A stretch of 64,000 bases of DNA. Source: an uncultured Nitrospiraceae bacterium. Lineage in GTDB: Bacteria; Nitrospirota; Thermodesulfovibrionia; Thermodesulfovibrionales; Dissulfurispiraceae. The translations under genes were made by a program, and so were the position numbers. Shown here piece after piece: positions 29,015-38,293 of the stretch (positions are counted from its first letter, which is position 1; every line of letters begins with the position of its first letter). Under the pieces are notes generated by a model. It was not told the DNA's origin, made no database searches, and saw only the letters and a list, made by a program, of their open reading frames with translations. The stretch spans positions 32,001 to 96,000 of the forward strand of contig CAMTVO010000014.1 of NCBI GenBank assembly GCA_947085205.1, read 5' to 3'.

Positions 29015-30190
29015 TTAGAATCCGAAGTCCTTCAGAAGGTCATCCACATCTGCCTGTGAGACCTCTTCAGGAGTTACTTCTGCCTTTAGTCCATGTTCTA
29101 TCTTTACACCAAAGGTTGCTATCAGTTTTACAAGCTCCTCCTCTATGTCGCCTACAAGCTTAATCACCTTCTTTATTGTCTGGCCCGTAATGTCCTGAAA
29201 GGACTGCGCGGTAAGTATCTCTGTAAAGTCGTCTTCAAGCCTGTTCTTGAAATTCTTTAAATATGCAACCGATTCTTCCGGTTCTTTCAGGTTTCTTATG
29301 TGTGTGGCAAGGTCGTCCATGCCGATTATATATTTTTCTACAATACCCATAGTCTTGTTTGCTGCATCTTCTGTCTTTTCTATAACAAACTGGAGTTTGT
29401 CAACAGCATTGGGCATATCTGTTACTGCCATATCCTTAAGTCGAGGGTCTATGGCCTCCTTAAAGCTCTTTATAGCGTCGTGAAGCTTCCTCGTAACCTT
29501 CCCGACCTCTTTAAAGAGGTCGCTCTGGCCTTTATTCATTATGTTCTGGATAGTGCTGTCCGCCTTTTCGTAATCCTGCGTTGCAATGGCATTCATAAAA
29601 CTGATCATATCGTCAAAAAGGGCGTATCTCGGATCATTAGCGCTTATACCCCTTTTCTCAAAAAAGTCCTTTGCATCCATTACTTCTTTAACAACCATCT
29701 CTCCGCCCATTCCTTCTATCTTCTTTACCACCTCAACCTTATCCCCGATTTCCTTTACCTCAAAGACCTCGTCTTCAAAGATACTCATGTCCTCCACAGG
29801 AATAAGCTTCCTTGTGTCTAAAAGCACTACAAGCTTATCGCCAACCTTTGCGACGCCTGAGACAATATCGGATGCATTAAAGTCGGTAGGAGGCTCTATC
29901 TCCGACTCCTCTATCGTAATAACTCCTGTTATACTGTCAACCAGAACTCCAAAGGTAATACGGCCGCTGGTGACAACGATTACCTTTTCTCCGACTGTTC
30001 CGCCATTTAAACCCGCGAGCCTCTTAAGATCCACCACAGGTATTATTCTCCCCCTGAGATTTGCAATTCCCTCGATATAACCCGGCGACTGAGGCAGTTT
30101 CGTAAGAGACGGAAAATTTATAATCTCCTGAACCTTCAGAATCGGTATTGTGTATTCATTGTTATTCATTGTAAAGCCTATATACTGCAT
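29015..30190 (-). CDS. CheW-CheZ fusion protein
   Basis: N-terminal CheW (GIANLRGRIIPVVDL, GVLVD); C-terminal CheZ (TEDAANKTM, AQSFQDITGQ, SQADVDDLLKDFGF). Confidence 0.88.
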   Translation of the reverse strand: MQYIGFTMNNNEYTIPILKVQEIINFPSLTKLPQSPGYIEGIANLRGRIIPVVDLKRLAGLNGGTVGEKVIVVTSGRITFGVLVDSITGVITIEESEIEPPTDFNASDIVSGVAKVGDKLVVLLDTRKLIPVEDMSIFEDEVFEVKEIGDKVEVVKKIEGMGGEMVVKEVMDAKDFFEKRGISANDPRYALFDDMISFMNAIATQDYEKADSTIQNIMNKGQSDLFKEVGKVTRKLHDAIKSFKEAIDPRLKDMAVTDMPNAVDKLQFVIEKTEDAANKTMGIVEKYIIGMDDLATHIRNLKEPEESVAYLKNFKNRLEDDFTEILTAQSFQDITGQTIKKVIKLVGDIEEELVKLIATFGVKIEHGLKAEVTPEEVSQADVDDLLKDFGF

Positions 30191-30213
30191 ATATACCCTC
30201 CGTAAACGTAAAA

Positions 30214-31959
30214 TTATTTACTGCTCGTTTTAAATATGCTCCTCGAAACAACCGCAAGGTCAAGGATTAACACAACCTTTCCATCGCCTGTAATAGTAGC
30301 TCCAAGAATGCCGCAGGCTTCGGACTCTATACCGTTAATTGTCTTAATGACTACCTCCTCCTGACCTAACAACTCATCCACAGAAATGCAGAACCTCCTG
30401 TCTCCAACAGTGGCGACAAGGACATAATTGTTGTCATGTTCAACTTCAGACCTTCTTCTTACTCCTAAGACCTCTGACATCTCAAACAGTGGCAATACCC
30501 TGCCCCTTATGGTCAGCACCTTCTGCCCTGTTACATCCTTGATGTCGCTCTTTTTGACCCTGAGCGTCTCTTCTATCATTGACTGCGGTATTGCATAAAA
30601 CTCGTCTCCGATTCTCACCATCATTGCCTGAAGTATTGCGAGCGTCAGAGGCAGGCTTATTCTGAATGTGCTTCCGACATCCCTTTTGGTCATTACTTCG
30701 ACATATCCGTTCAGCTTTGCCACATTTGTTTTTACCACGTCCATTCCGACTCCGCGGCCGCTCAGTTCTGTAGAGACCTCTTTTGTAGAAAAGCCGGGCA
30801 GGAATATGAGATTGATTGCAGCATCGTCCGGCATCCTCTGCGCTTCATCTTCGGATATGAGGCCCTTTCCAATAGCCTTTCTCTTTACGGCCTCGACATC
30901 GATGCCTTTGCCGTCGTCGGATACCTCTATGACAATCTGGGTTCCCTTCTGATAGGCGCTTAAGATTATTCTCCCCTTCTTGGGCTTGCCTTTCATTTCC
31001 CGATCTTCCGCATACTCGATTGCGTGGTCTATGGAGTTTCTTATGATATGCACAAGCGGATCGCCGATATTCTCTATCACCGTCTTATCCACTTCGGTAT
31101 CCTCTCCGAACATTTCAAGATCTATATCCTTGCCGAGATTTCTCGACATGTCTCTTACCATTCTGGGGAACTTGCCGAAGACCTTCTGGATGGGCTGCAT
31201 CCTCATCTTCATTACGGCAAGCTGAAGATCTGACGTCATCCTGTCCAGAAAACCGGTGGTCTCAAGGAGACTTTCCACCTGCGGGTCCCCGGAATAGTTA
31301 AGTTCGAGTTTCGCGGCAAGGTTCAAGAGCCTGTTTCTGACAAGGACTATTTCCCCGGCCAGGTCCATTACCTTATCTATCCTCGATACGTCAACCCTCA
31401 GCGTTGAGACTACTTCCTTCTCCTTTGTTATCTGCTGCACCTGCTCTTCTGCCGCAGGCTGTGGCTGAGGTTTGGGTTTAGGCTCAGGTTTCGGTGGCGG
31501 CATAATCTCGACACGGGGTTCGGGTTTAGGTTCAATCTTTATTTCAACCTTCTCAGGCGCCCCTCCTGCTAATGCCGTCTCCTGCGCAGAATCAAGCTCC
31601 CTTAAAAGGTCCGATGTATCTTCTTCTATGCCGTCTTTCAGCTTTATATGAAATATCAGAAGCCTCAGTGTATCCACGCTCTTGAGTATTACATCCATCA
31701 ATTCCCTCGAAAGCGCTATCTCGCCGTCGCGCAGCCTCTTCATTATGCTCTCTGCCCTGTGGGCAACATCAACTATCAGCTGAAAACCAAGGAAACCGGC
31801 TGCACCTTTAAGGGTATGCATTCCGCGGAATATCTCATTGAGGATATCTTTGTCATATCCTTTGGTCTCCAACTCCACAAACATGGGGTCGATCTTTTCC
31901 AGAGTCTCTTCAGCCTCTGTAACAAATTCGCTTATAATCTCATCCATCTCATCAGCCAT
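30214..31959 (-). CDS. cheA: Chemotaxis kinase CheA (no P2 domain)
   Basis: FRGMHTLKG, HIIRNSIDH, DDGKG, GRGVGMDVV, C-terminal CheW domain. Confidence 0.96.
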   Translation of the reverse strand: MADEMDEIISEFVTEAEETLEKIDPMFVELETKGYDKDILNEIFRGMHTLKGAAGFLGFQLIVDVAHRAESIMKRLRDGEIALSRELMDVILKSVDTLRLLIFHIKLKDGIEEDTSDLLRELDSAQETALAGGAPEKVEIKIEPKPEPRVEIMPPPKPEPKPKPQPQPAAEEQVQQITKEKEVVSTLRVDVSRIDKVMDLAGEIVLVRNRLLNLAAKLELNYSGDPQVESLLETTGFLDRMTSDLQLAVMKMRMQPIQKVFGKFPRMVRDMSRNLGKDIDLEMFGEDTEVDKTVIENIGDPLVHIIRNSIDHAIEYAEDREMKGKPKKGRIILSAYQKGTQIVIEVSDDGKGIDVEAVKRKAIGKGLISEDEAQRMPDDAAINLIFLPGFSTKEVSTELSGRGVGMDVVKTNVAKLNGYVEVMTKRDVGSTFRISLPLTLAILQAMMVRIGDEFYAIPQSMIEETLRVKKSDIKDVTGQKVLTIRGRVLPLFEMSEVLGVRRRSEVEHDNNYVLVATVGDRRFCISVDELLGQEEVVIKTINGIESEACGILGATITGDGKVVLILDLAVVSRSIFKTSSK

Positions 31960-31961
31960 TT

Positions 31962-32369
31962 TTATCCCCCTGCCTTCAAAGATGTTTTCTTGTCCGCTAT
32001 CTTTTCGAGTTTCTCTTTCAGCACCTCGGCTGTAAACGGCTTGACGATATAATTATCAACGCCTGCCTTAATCGCTTCAATAACCTTCTCCTTCTCAGCC
32101 TCGGCAGTTACCATGAGAAACGGTATATCCTTCAACGGTTCAGCCTCCTGCCTGATAGTTCTGAGGAGGTCTATACCCTCCATATTAGGCATGTTCCAGT
32201 CAGATACAACAAGCCCGTAATTTCCGCTCCTAAGCTTGTTAAGCGCCTGTGTGCCATCCTCTGCCTCATCTATATTTTCAAAACCTATCTGTTTTAATAG
32301 GTTTTTGATTATCCTTCTCATAGTCGGGAAGTCGTCAACCACAAGCACCTTGATGCCAAAATTAAACAT
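31962..32369 (-). CDS. cheY: CheY
   Basis: [31 protein letters not shown]; start moved to the ATG at 32369. Confidence 0.93.
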   Translation of the reverse strand: MFNFGIKVLVVDDFPTMRRIIKNLLKQIGFENIDEAEDGTQALNKLRSGNYGLVVSDWNMPNMEGIDLLRTIRQEAEPLKDIPFLMVTAEAEKEKVIEAIKAGVDNYIVKPFTAEVLKEKLEKIADKKTSLKAGG

Positions 32370-32754
32370 TACCCTCACCTCCAGAGCTAAATATCTTTTT
32401 AAGAATCTTTTTTATGCTGTCATTTATCTGGTCTGCGTTCGTAGGTTTGACTAAATAATCATCGGCGCCTGCCTCAAACGCCCTTTTTTTCTCATCCTCA
32501 TCCGCCTCGGTAGTAACCATAACAATAGGAATGCTGCTTAGAATCGGGTCTGATTTCAAGTTTTTTGTAAACTCTATGCCGTCCATATAAGGCATATTCA
32601 TATCGGTAAGAATAAAATTGATATTCTCTGTTCCGACTTTTTCCATTGCATCAAGTCCGTTTTCTGCTGTTACCACCTCGTATCCCTTCCCCTTGAGATA
32701 TAAACTTAGCAGCTTTCTTGTAGTTTTGTCATCGTCAACAACCAATATCTTCAT
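32362..32754 (-). CDS. Single-domain response regulator (CheY-like)
   Basis: VVDD, TDMNMP, MVTT, YLVKP. Confidence 0.9.
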   Translation of the reverse strand: MKILVVDDDKTTRKLLSLYLKGKGYEVVTAENGLDAMEKVGTENINFILTDMNMPYMDGIEFTKNLKSDPILSSIPIVMVTTEADEDEKKRAFEAGADDYLVKPTNADQINDSIKKILKKIFSSGGEGNV

Positions 32755-32773
32755 CTATAACCTCCTGAGACCT

Positions 32774-33604
32774 TTATACCTTCTGATAGACAATAACTTT
32801 ATTAATAACAACAGGTCTGAAAGCCCTCGTCACATTGTGAAGACTCTCAGACGTACCCACAAACAAATAACCGTTAGGCCTTAATGCATCGTATAAGTTG
32901 GAAACAGCCTTCTGTTTTGCCTTATCATCAAAGTATATGAGAACATTCCTGCAGAATATTACATCGGCTCCGCGCATTGTCCTGACATCTTTATCATCGA
33001 TGAGGTTAATCCTCATAAATTTGGTTATGGATTTTACGCTATGTGATATGGAATACTGCTGATTGGCATTAGTGAAATATTTTTTTAAATATGCATCCGG
33101 GATATTTCTGATCGCATAAGAACCATAGACGCCTGACTTTGCAGAGCTCAAAACAGATTCGCTTATATCCGAGGCATATATCTCTTTTCTAATCATGGTA
33201 GCTTCAGGCTTCTCAAGGAGTATCATTGCAATCGTATAAGCCTCTTCTCCTGTTGAAGCAGCTGCAGACCATATCTTTATGTCTTTGCGGCCTGCTTTGG
33301 CATTTTCAGCTAACATACGGTTAAAGATCTCTCCTCCAAAAACATCGAACTGCTGCGGCTCCCTGAAAAAAAAGGTCTCATTTGTGGTAACTAAATTAAA
33401 CAATATGTCCTGTTCATTCTTATCCGCGCTGTATTTCAGGATGTAAAGGTAATCCTCGTATCCTTTCAGGTTCTTTTCCTGAACTCTTCTTCCGAGCCTG
33501 TTTTCCAGAAAATATTTCTTGTTGTCCGGAATGAAGATGCCGCTCCTCTCGTATATAAAATCCCTCAGTTGTTTGAAAATATCGTCTGTCATCAATAAAC
33601 TCAT
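32774..33604 (-). CDS. cheR: Chemotaxis methyltransferase CheR
   Basis: TTNETFFFRE, IWSAAASTGEEAY, FCRNVLIYF. Confidence 0.97.
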   Translation of the reverse strand: MSLLMTDDIFKQLRDFIYERSGIFIPDNKKYFLENRLGRRVQEKNLKGYEDYLYILKYSADKNEQDILFNLVTTNETFFFREPQQFDVFGGEIFNRMLAENAKAGRKDIKIWSAAASTGEEAYTIAMILLEKPEATMIRKEIYASDISESVLSSAKSGVYGSYAIRNIPDAYLKKYFTNANQQYSISHSVKSITKFMRINLIDDKDVRTMRGADVIFCRNVLIYFDDKAKQKAVSNLYDALRPNGYLFVGTSESLHNVTRAFRPVVINKVIVYQKV

Positions 33605-35448
33605 AGAGAGTTTAATGCCTCCTTTATCTTATCTCTCACATCAGCATTCGGATGCTCCTCGTGAGCAGCCAATGCCTCATATGCGGCACTTCCGCCTATC
33701 TCCTTGATAGCATCTATTGCGGACATGACAACAGGGATAAATTCGTCGTGCAGCATCGTGCTTATCATGCTTATGGCCTTTTCCCTTTCGCAGGAAAACG
33801 CTATCGCCTTAATGGTATAAAACCTTACCCATGGGTCGTCATCCTGAAGCGCATTGAAAAGCTCCGCTGAGCAGTATCTCGCTTCTCCGAGTCCTACGAC
33901 AGAGGCCTTTCTTATATCGGCGTCTGCGTCTCCTAAAAACCAGATAAGCCTCGATACCGCTTTGTCCGTGCCGAGCCGGCCAAGGCCGTATATTGCGGCA
34001 ATCTTCACCTTTTTATTCGGGTCGTCGGCAAGGCTTAGAAGAATATCCACATCAAACACGGTCTTTGCTATCACTTCCCTTACTGTATCGCGATACCTCG
34101 AAATATTCGACAGAAATGCTCCGGCGTCTATCTTTATCAGGGCCTCAACAATCTTTTCAATAACATCGTAATATTTCTCGACCTCCAATAAATCCATCAG
34201 CGGCTTAAATGCATCCTGCGACTGTATGTTTCCGAGAGCCTCTATGGCAGAGCGTCTGACATGGGCATCCACATCCTTTACTGAAATCTCAAGCAGATAC
34301 TCTGTAGGTGCTGGCTCTCTTATTTCCCCGAGGGCTTCTGCAGACGCCCTCCGGAGGTCCCTGCTGATGTCTGTCAGATAGTTGAGCAATCTCGATACGG
34401 CCTTTTTGCTCCTTGTAGTTCCGAGTATTTCTATGGCGAATGATTTTCCCCTGTATTTCATGTCGGGAGACTCCAGAAGCTTCAGCAGCTCTTCTTCAGA
34501 ATCCATAGCGCTTACAGCGTCCATTAACAAGGTTATTCTTTCTTCGCTTTCGGGCAATGATGGATCAAGAGAGCCGGCAATATCAACTATCACAGGAACT
34601 GCCTCTCTGCAATTGAAGGAAACAATGCCCTTCAATGCTATTTCCTTTTCCTCCCAATCACCCTCTTTGAGCATCTTTATGAGGTGTCCTGACAAATCAG
34701 CCATTTCAGGGGTAATTCCTATCTGAATCAGGCTTTTTATGGCTGCATTTCCTTCATCTTCCGATGCCTTCGGCAAATATGACAGAAGCGCATCCACAGC
34801 CTTTTCAGAGCCGAGTTTTCCAAGTGTTTCGATAGCAGCGAAACGGACTGCTTCAGATGAATTAGAAAGCAGGGATGCTATATCGCTTACAGCCTCCTCA
34901 GCCTTTAACTCTCCGAGTGCATCCAGGGCAGAAAAACACACCCACTCTTCATCTTTAAGGGCCTTTATTAATTCTGGAATAGCCTCCCTGTACCCCAATA
35001 AGCCAAGGCTTTTTGCAGCAGTAGCCCTTACATTTGCATTCGGGTCTTTAAGAAAAGGTACAATTTTAGAGGGCTCAACTCCTTTCTTTATATCCCCCAT
35101 AAGGTCAATAGCAAACTTCCTTACATCATCATCCTTGTCCTCTAATAATGGATAAAGAAGGGGAATCACAATTTCTCCCAGCGCCGTAAGAATAATCAAA
35201 GCAGTATTTCTGAGATAGGAGTTTTCCCTCAATAACGGCAATACCATGTAACCGACAACCTCTCCGCCTATGGTAATGAGAGAGCGCATAGAAGCGTCCT
35301 GAACGCCTGCATTTTCATCGCTCAGCGCCTTAATAAGCGGGAATATCGCCCGCTCGTCACCTTCCGATAACTCTTCCGCTGCCCTCCTTCTGAGAGAAGG
35401 ATCTTTATCGCTGAGTCTCTGAATCAGCTTTTTAATATTCTTGACCAT
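33601..35448 (-). CDS. HEAT/PBS-lyase repeat protein in the chemotaxis operon
   Basis: Many L.D.D..VR..A...LG repeats. Confidence 0.9.
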   Translation of the reverse strand: MVKNIKKLIQRLSDKDPSLRRRAAEELSEGDERAIFPLIKALSDENAGVQDASMRSLITIGGEVVGYMVLPLLRENSYLRNTALIILTALGEIVIPLLYPLLEDKDDDVRKFAIDLMGDIKKGVEPSKIVPFLKDPNANVRATAAKSLGLLGYREAIPELIKALKDEEWVCFSALDALGELKAEEAVSDIASLLSNSSEAVRFAAIETLGKLGSEKAVDALLSYLPKASEDEGNAAIKSLIQIGITPEMADLSGHLIKMLKEGDWEEKEIALKGIVSFNCREAVPVIVDIAGSLDPSLPESEERITLLMDAVSAMDSEEELLKLLESPDMKYRGKSFAIEILGTTRSKKAVSRLLNYLTDISRDLRRASAEALGEIREPAPTEYLLEISVKDVDAHVRRSAIEALGNIQSQDAFKPLMDLLEVEKYYDVIEKIVEALIKIDAGAFLSNISRYRDTVREVIAKTVFDVDILLSLADDPNKKVKIAAIYGLGRLGTDKAVSRLIWFLGDADADIRKASVVGLGEARYCSAELFNALQDDDPWVRFYTIKAIAFSCEREKAISMISTMLHDEFIPVVMSAIDAIKEIGGSAAYEALAAHEEHPNADVRDKIKEALNSL

Positions 35449-35495
35449 TTAATACCCCCTAAAGACAGTAGCAAGCAATGAAATAAAACTTAATT

Positions 35496-35524
35496 ATTAT
35501 AATGCCTTGCTAAGACTAATTCAA
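35496..35524 (-). promoter_or_regulatory. Sigma70 promoter for the chemotaxis operon
   Basis: TTGAAT-17 nt-TATAAT. Confidence 0.75.
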
Positions 35525-35557
35525 TGTAACATACTTGTTAAACTTAACCGCACGTCC

Positions 35558-36313
35558 TTATGCGTTCCCATCCCTGAATTGCTCCATTTTATTTCTAAGT
35601 TTAATAAGGACCTTTCCATGCAGCTGACAAACCCTCGACTCGCTTATGTCCAGAATCTTTCCTATCTCCTTCATTGTGAGTTCTTCAAAATAATAAAGCG
35701 TTACCACAAGCCTTTCCTTCTCCGGGAGTCCATCTATGGCATTTCCAAGTGCAGACCTCAATTCCTTCAGGTTCAATTCATCCAGCATGTCCCTCTCGTC
35801 CTCCCTCGATATGCATTCAAGGATGTCGAGGGTTTCTCCGTCTTTGCCGACGCCTAAATCCTCGAGGCATATCATATTCATGGTGTTGACTGTAGAAAGG
35901 GTCTTATAAAGTTCATCAAGTGTTATATTCAGCTTCTCGGCAACCTCCTCATCAGTGGCTATCCTGTTAAGGCTTTTTTCGAGCTCTGAATAAGTATTCC
36001 TTACCTCTTCCAGCTTCTTCCTTGCATCCTTTGATGCCCACTGCATGGAGCGAATCTCGTCAATTATTGCTCCCCTTATCCTGAAGTCCGCAAAGGTGCT
36101 GAGAGTAGCGTTCATAGAAGGGTCGTATCTTTCTATTGCCTCTAAAAGCCCGACTATTCCGGCTGATACTAAATCTTCTATACTCAACTCAGGAGGCAGG
36201 TAGAACGCATATTTGCCTGCATAATACTTTATCCTCGGCAGGAACTGTTCGACTATCTTTTCTTTTTGCTTCTGGGATATTCTTTGTTTTCGGGCTAATT
36301 TCTTCATCAGCAT
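35558..36313 (-). CDS. fliA: Flagellar sigma factor FliA (sigma28)
   Basis: DLVSAGIVGL, RIRGAIIDEIR, EELTMKEIG, SESRVCQLH. Confidence 0.95.
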   Translation of the reverse strand: MLMKKLARKQRISQKQKEKIVEQFLPRIKYYAGKYAFYLPPELSIEDLVSAGIVGLLEAIERYDPSMNATLSTFADFRIRGAIIDEIRSMQWASKDARKKLEEVRNTYSELEKSLNRIATDEEVAEKLNITLDELYKTLSTVNTMNMICLEDLGVGKDGETLDILECISREDERDMLDELNLKELRSALGNAIDGLPEKERLVVTLYYFEELTMKEIGKILDISESRVCQLHGKVLIKLRNKMEQFRDGNA

Positions 36314-36398
36314 TATAGCGTTTTTACAAATTCTAACATTTTATCTCTTTCAACTCAACGCTATAACTCTATAACGCTATAACGCCTCACGCTGTGCA

Positions 36399-37217
36399 TT
36401 ATCCCACTCTCAGCGCCTTTTTCAAAAAGAACTGTATATTGCCCTTTACTTCATCGAGCGGGTTATCGAGCACTTTTTTGGCTATGGCTGCAAGTTTTTT
36501 TGTAAAGTTGCTGTTCGGATACATGGCTATAAAGCCTTTCTGAGCGATAATCGCATCCTTTACATGCTGGTCAAAGGGCAGATAGCCGAGATAATCTATG
36601 GAAAGATTCAGGAACTTATCCGCCACTATTGCCAGTTTTCTGAAGGTGTCGAAAGCCTCTTTCTCGGAGCGCGCCGTATTTACGAGAATCCTGAAATGTC
36701 TTTCGCTGAAATCCCGTGAAAGCACCTTTATCAAGGCATAGGCGTCCGCTATGGATGTAGGCTCCGGCGTTACGATAACTATCGTCTCCTGAGCGGCGCT
36801 GCAAAAGAACAGCACATTGTCGGATATGCCTGCGCCGGTGTCGATGAGAAATATATCGAAAGACATATCGAAGTCATCCAGCTCCGAAACGAGCTTAAGC
36901 CTGTGCCTGTCCGTTAGATTCGTAAGCTCCCTGATGCCTGAGCTTGCCGGAAGAATCATTATCCCCAACGGCCCTGTAACGATAATATCCTTTATCCTCT
37001 TTTCTCCTAACAGCACATGCTTTAGATTGTATTTAGGCGCTATCCCGAATAAAACATCTATATTGCTCAGCCCGAGGTCTGCATCGAGTATAAGCACCCT
37101 TTTGTTAAGGCTTGCATAGAAGAGAGCGAGATTGGCGACAAAGTTCGTCTTTCCGACTCCTCCTTTTCCGCTCGAGACTGCTATTATTCTGGGACCTCCA
37201 TTATTGTTAATAGTCAT
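36399..37217 (-). CDS. flhG: MinD-like ATPase FlhG/FleN
   Basis: SGKGGVGKT, DADLGLSN, DTGAGI, PEPTSIADAY. Confidence 0.95.
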   Translation of the reverse strand: MTINNNGGPRIIAVSSGKGGVGKTNFVANLALFYASLNKRVLILDADLGLSNIDVLFGIAPKYNLKHVLLGEKRIKDIIVTGPLGIMILPASSGIRELTNLTDRHRLKLVSELDDFDMSFDIFLIDTGAGISDNVLFFCSAAQETIVIVTPEPTSIADAYALIKVLSRDFSERHFRILVNTARSEKEAFDTFRKLAIVADKFLNLSIDYLGYLPFDQHVKDAIIAQKGFIAMYPNSNFTKKLAAIAKKVLDNPLDEVKGNIQFFLKKALRVG

Positions 37218-38260
37218 TAAACACCTCCGACTATAATGCCTGCAAGAAATTCGGGTGTAGGAATCCTTATGTCATCAGGGACATCCGGGCCTGTGGCTAC
37301 AAAGGAAAGCGGACGGCTTGTAAGAAGTGAAAGATTATAAAGGCTTCCAAACTGCGTAGCCATATCCAGCTTTGTAAAGCCTATCGAGTCAATCATATCG
37401 GAATTGCAGCTCTGCCATGCCTTAAGGGCAGCATGTGTATCCATAGAGGCATCCATCAGGAAGCATTTCTTTACGGGGAAGCCTGACGGGAATATCTCTT
37501 TTATGTCTTTTAGTATCTCCTTGTATTCGTAGCCCGGCGTATCAATAAGTATAGGCCCTCTACCCATCTCCCTGTACACAATCTTAGGCAAATCGCTTAC
37601 CTTTCTTATAACTTTCAAAGGAGACTTCAACTGCTTCGAGAGCTCCTTCATATATGCTATGGAGCCTATCCTGTTGTCATCGAGAGAAATGAGATTCACA
37701 TTCTTCTTCTTCGATGTGAGCAAATGGGCTACCTTTGACATTGTTGTAGTTTTACCCACGCCGGGAGGGCCGAAGAATATAATTCCGCTTTCCTCTGCCG
37801 GCAGCATTCCCTGTATCTTCAGGTCATTCTTGATAACACCCTTTAGGCTGTCCAGAGAATCCTGAGCCCTTTCGAGCAAGATTATGGCGAATTGCATATC
37901 AACGCCCTGCTTTATAAGAAGGTTGAATAAGCCCTTTTTATCCTTTCCAACCCTGAGGCTCGGCACTATGGGTTTTAATGTCTCTTTGAGAAAACCCATC
38001 TCATCCCTGAGTCCTCTTATCTCTTTCAGTATCTCCTCAAACTCAAAAGATACGGTCTTAGCAGCGGTAGATATGTTTGTTGATACATCTCCGGATTCAT
38101 CGATGGCGGCAGTTACCTCAACAGCATCCTTGTTGACTATGCCGAACAGCCCTGTCTTAACAGACTTGCTCGAAAGAATTATCGCATCGGGTCCGAGTTC
38201 CTTTTTCACCGTCTCAAGGGCTTCCTTAAAGCTCTTGCCGACAAATTTCTTAATCTTCAT
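37217..38260 (-). CDS. flhF: SRP-family GTPase FlhF
   Basis: ELGPDAIILS, GPPGVGKTTT, DTPG, TKLD. Confidence 0.92.
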   Translation of the reverse strand: MKIKKFVGKSFKEALETVKKELGPDAIILSSKSVKTGLFGIVNKDAVEVTAAIDESGDVSTNISTAAKTVSFEFEEILKEIRGLRDEMGFLKETLKPIVPSLRVGKDKKGLFNLLIKQGVDMQFAIILLERAQDSLDSLKGVIKNDLKIQGMLPAEESGIIFFGPPGVGKTTTMSKVAHLLTSKKKNVNLISLDDNRIGSIAYMKELSKQLKSPLKVIRKVSDLPKIVYREMGRGPILIDTPGYEYKEILKDIKEIFPSGFPVKKCFLMDASMDTHAALKAWQSCNSDMIDSIGFTKLDMATQFGSLYNLSLLTSRPLSFVATGPDVPDDIRIPTPEFLAGIIVGGV

Positions 38261-38293
38261 TTAGCCGCCCTCCTTGAACAATTTTTAAACAAT

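Noticed and set aside
31450..31555. Repetitive DNA in cheA (EPKPEP/PKPQP)
   Set aside because: It is a codon-level Pro-rich linker with period 6, not part of the heptamer family.
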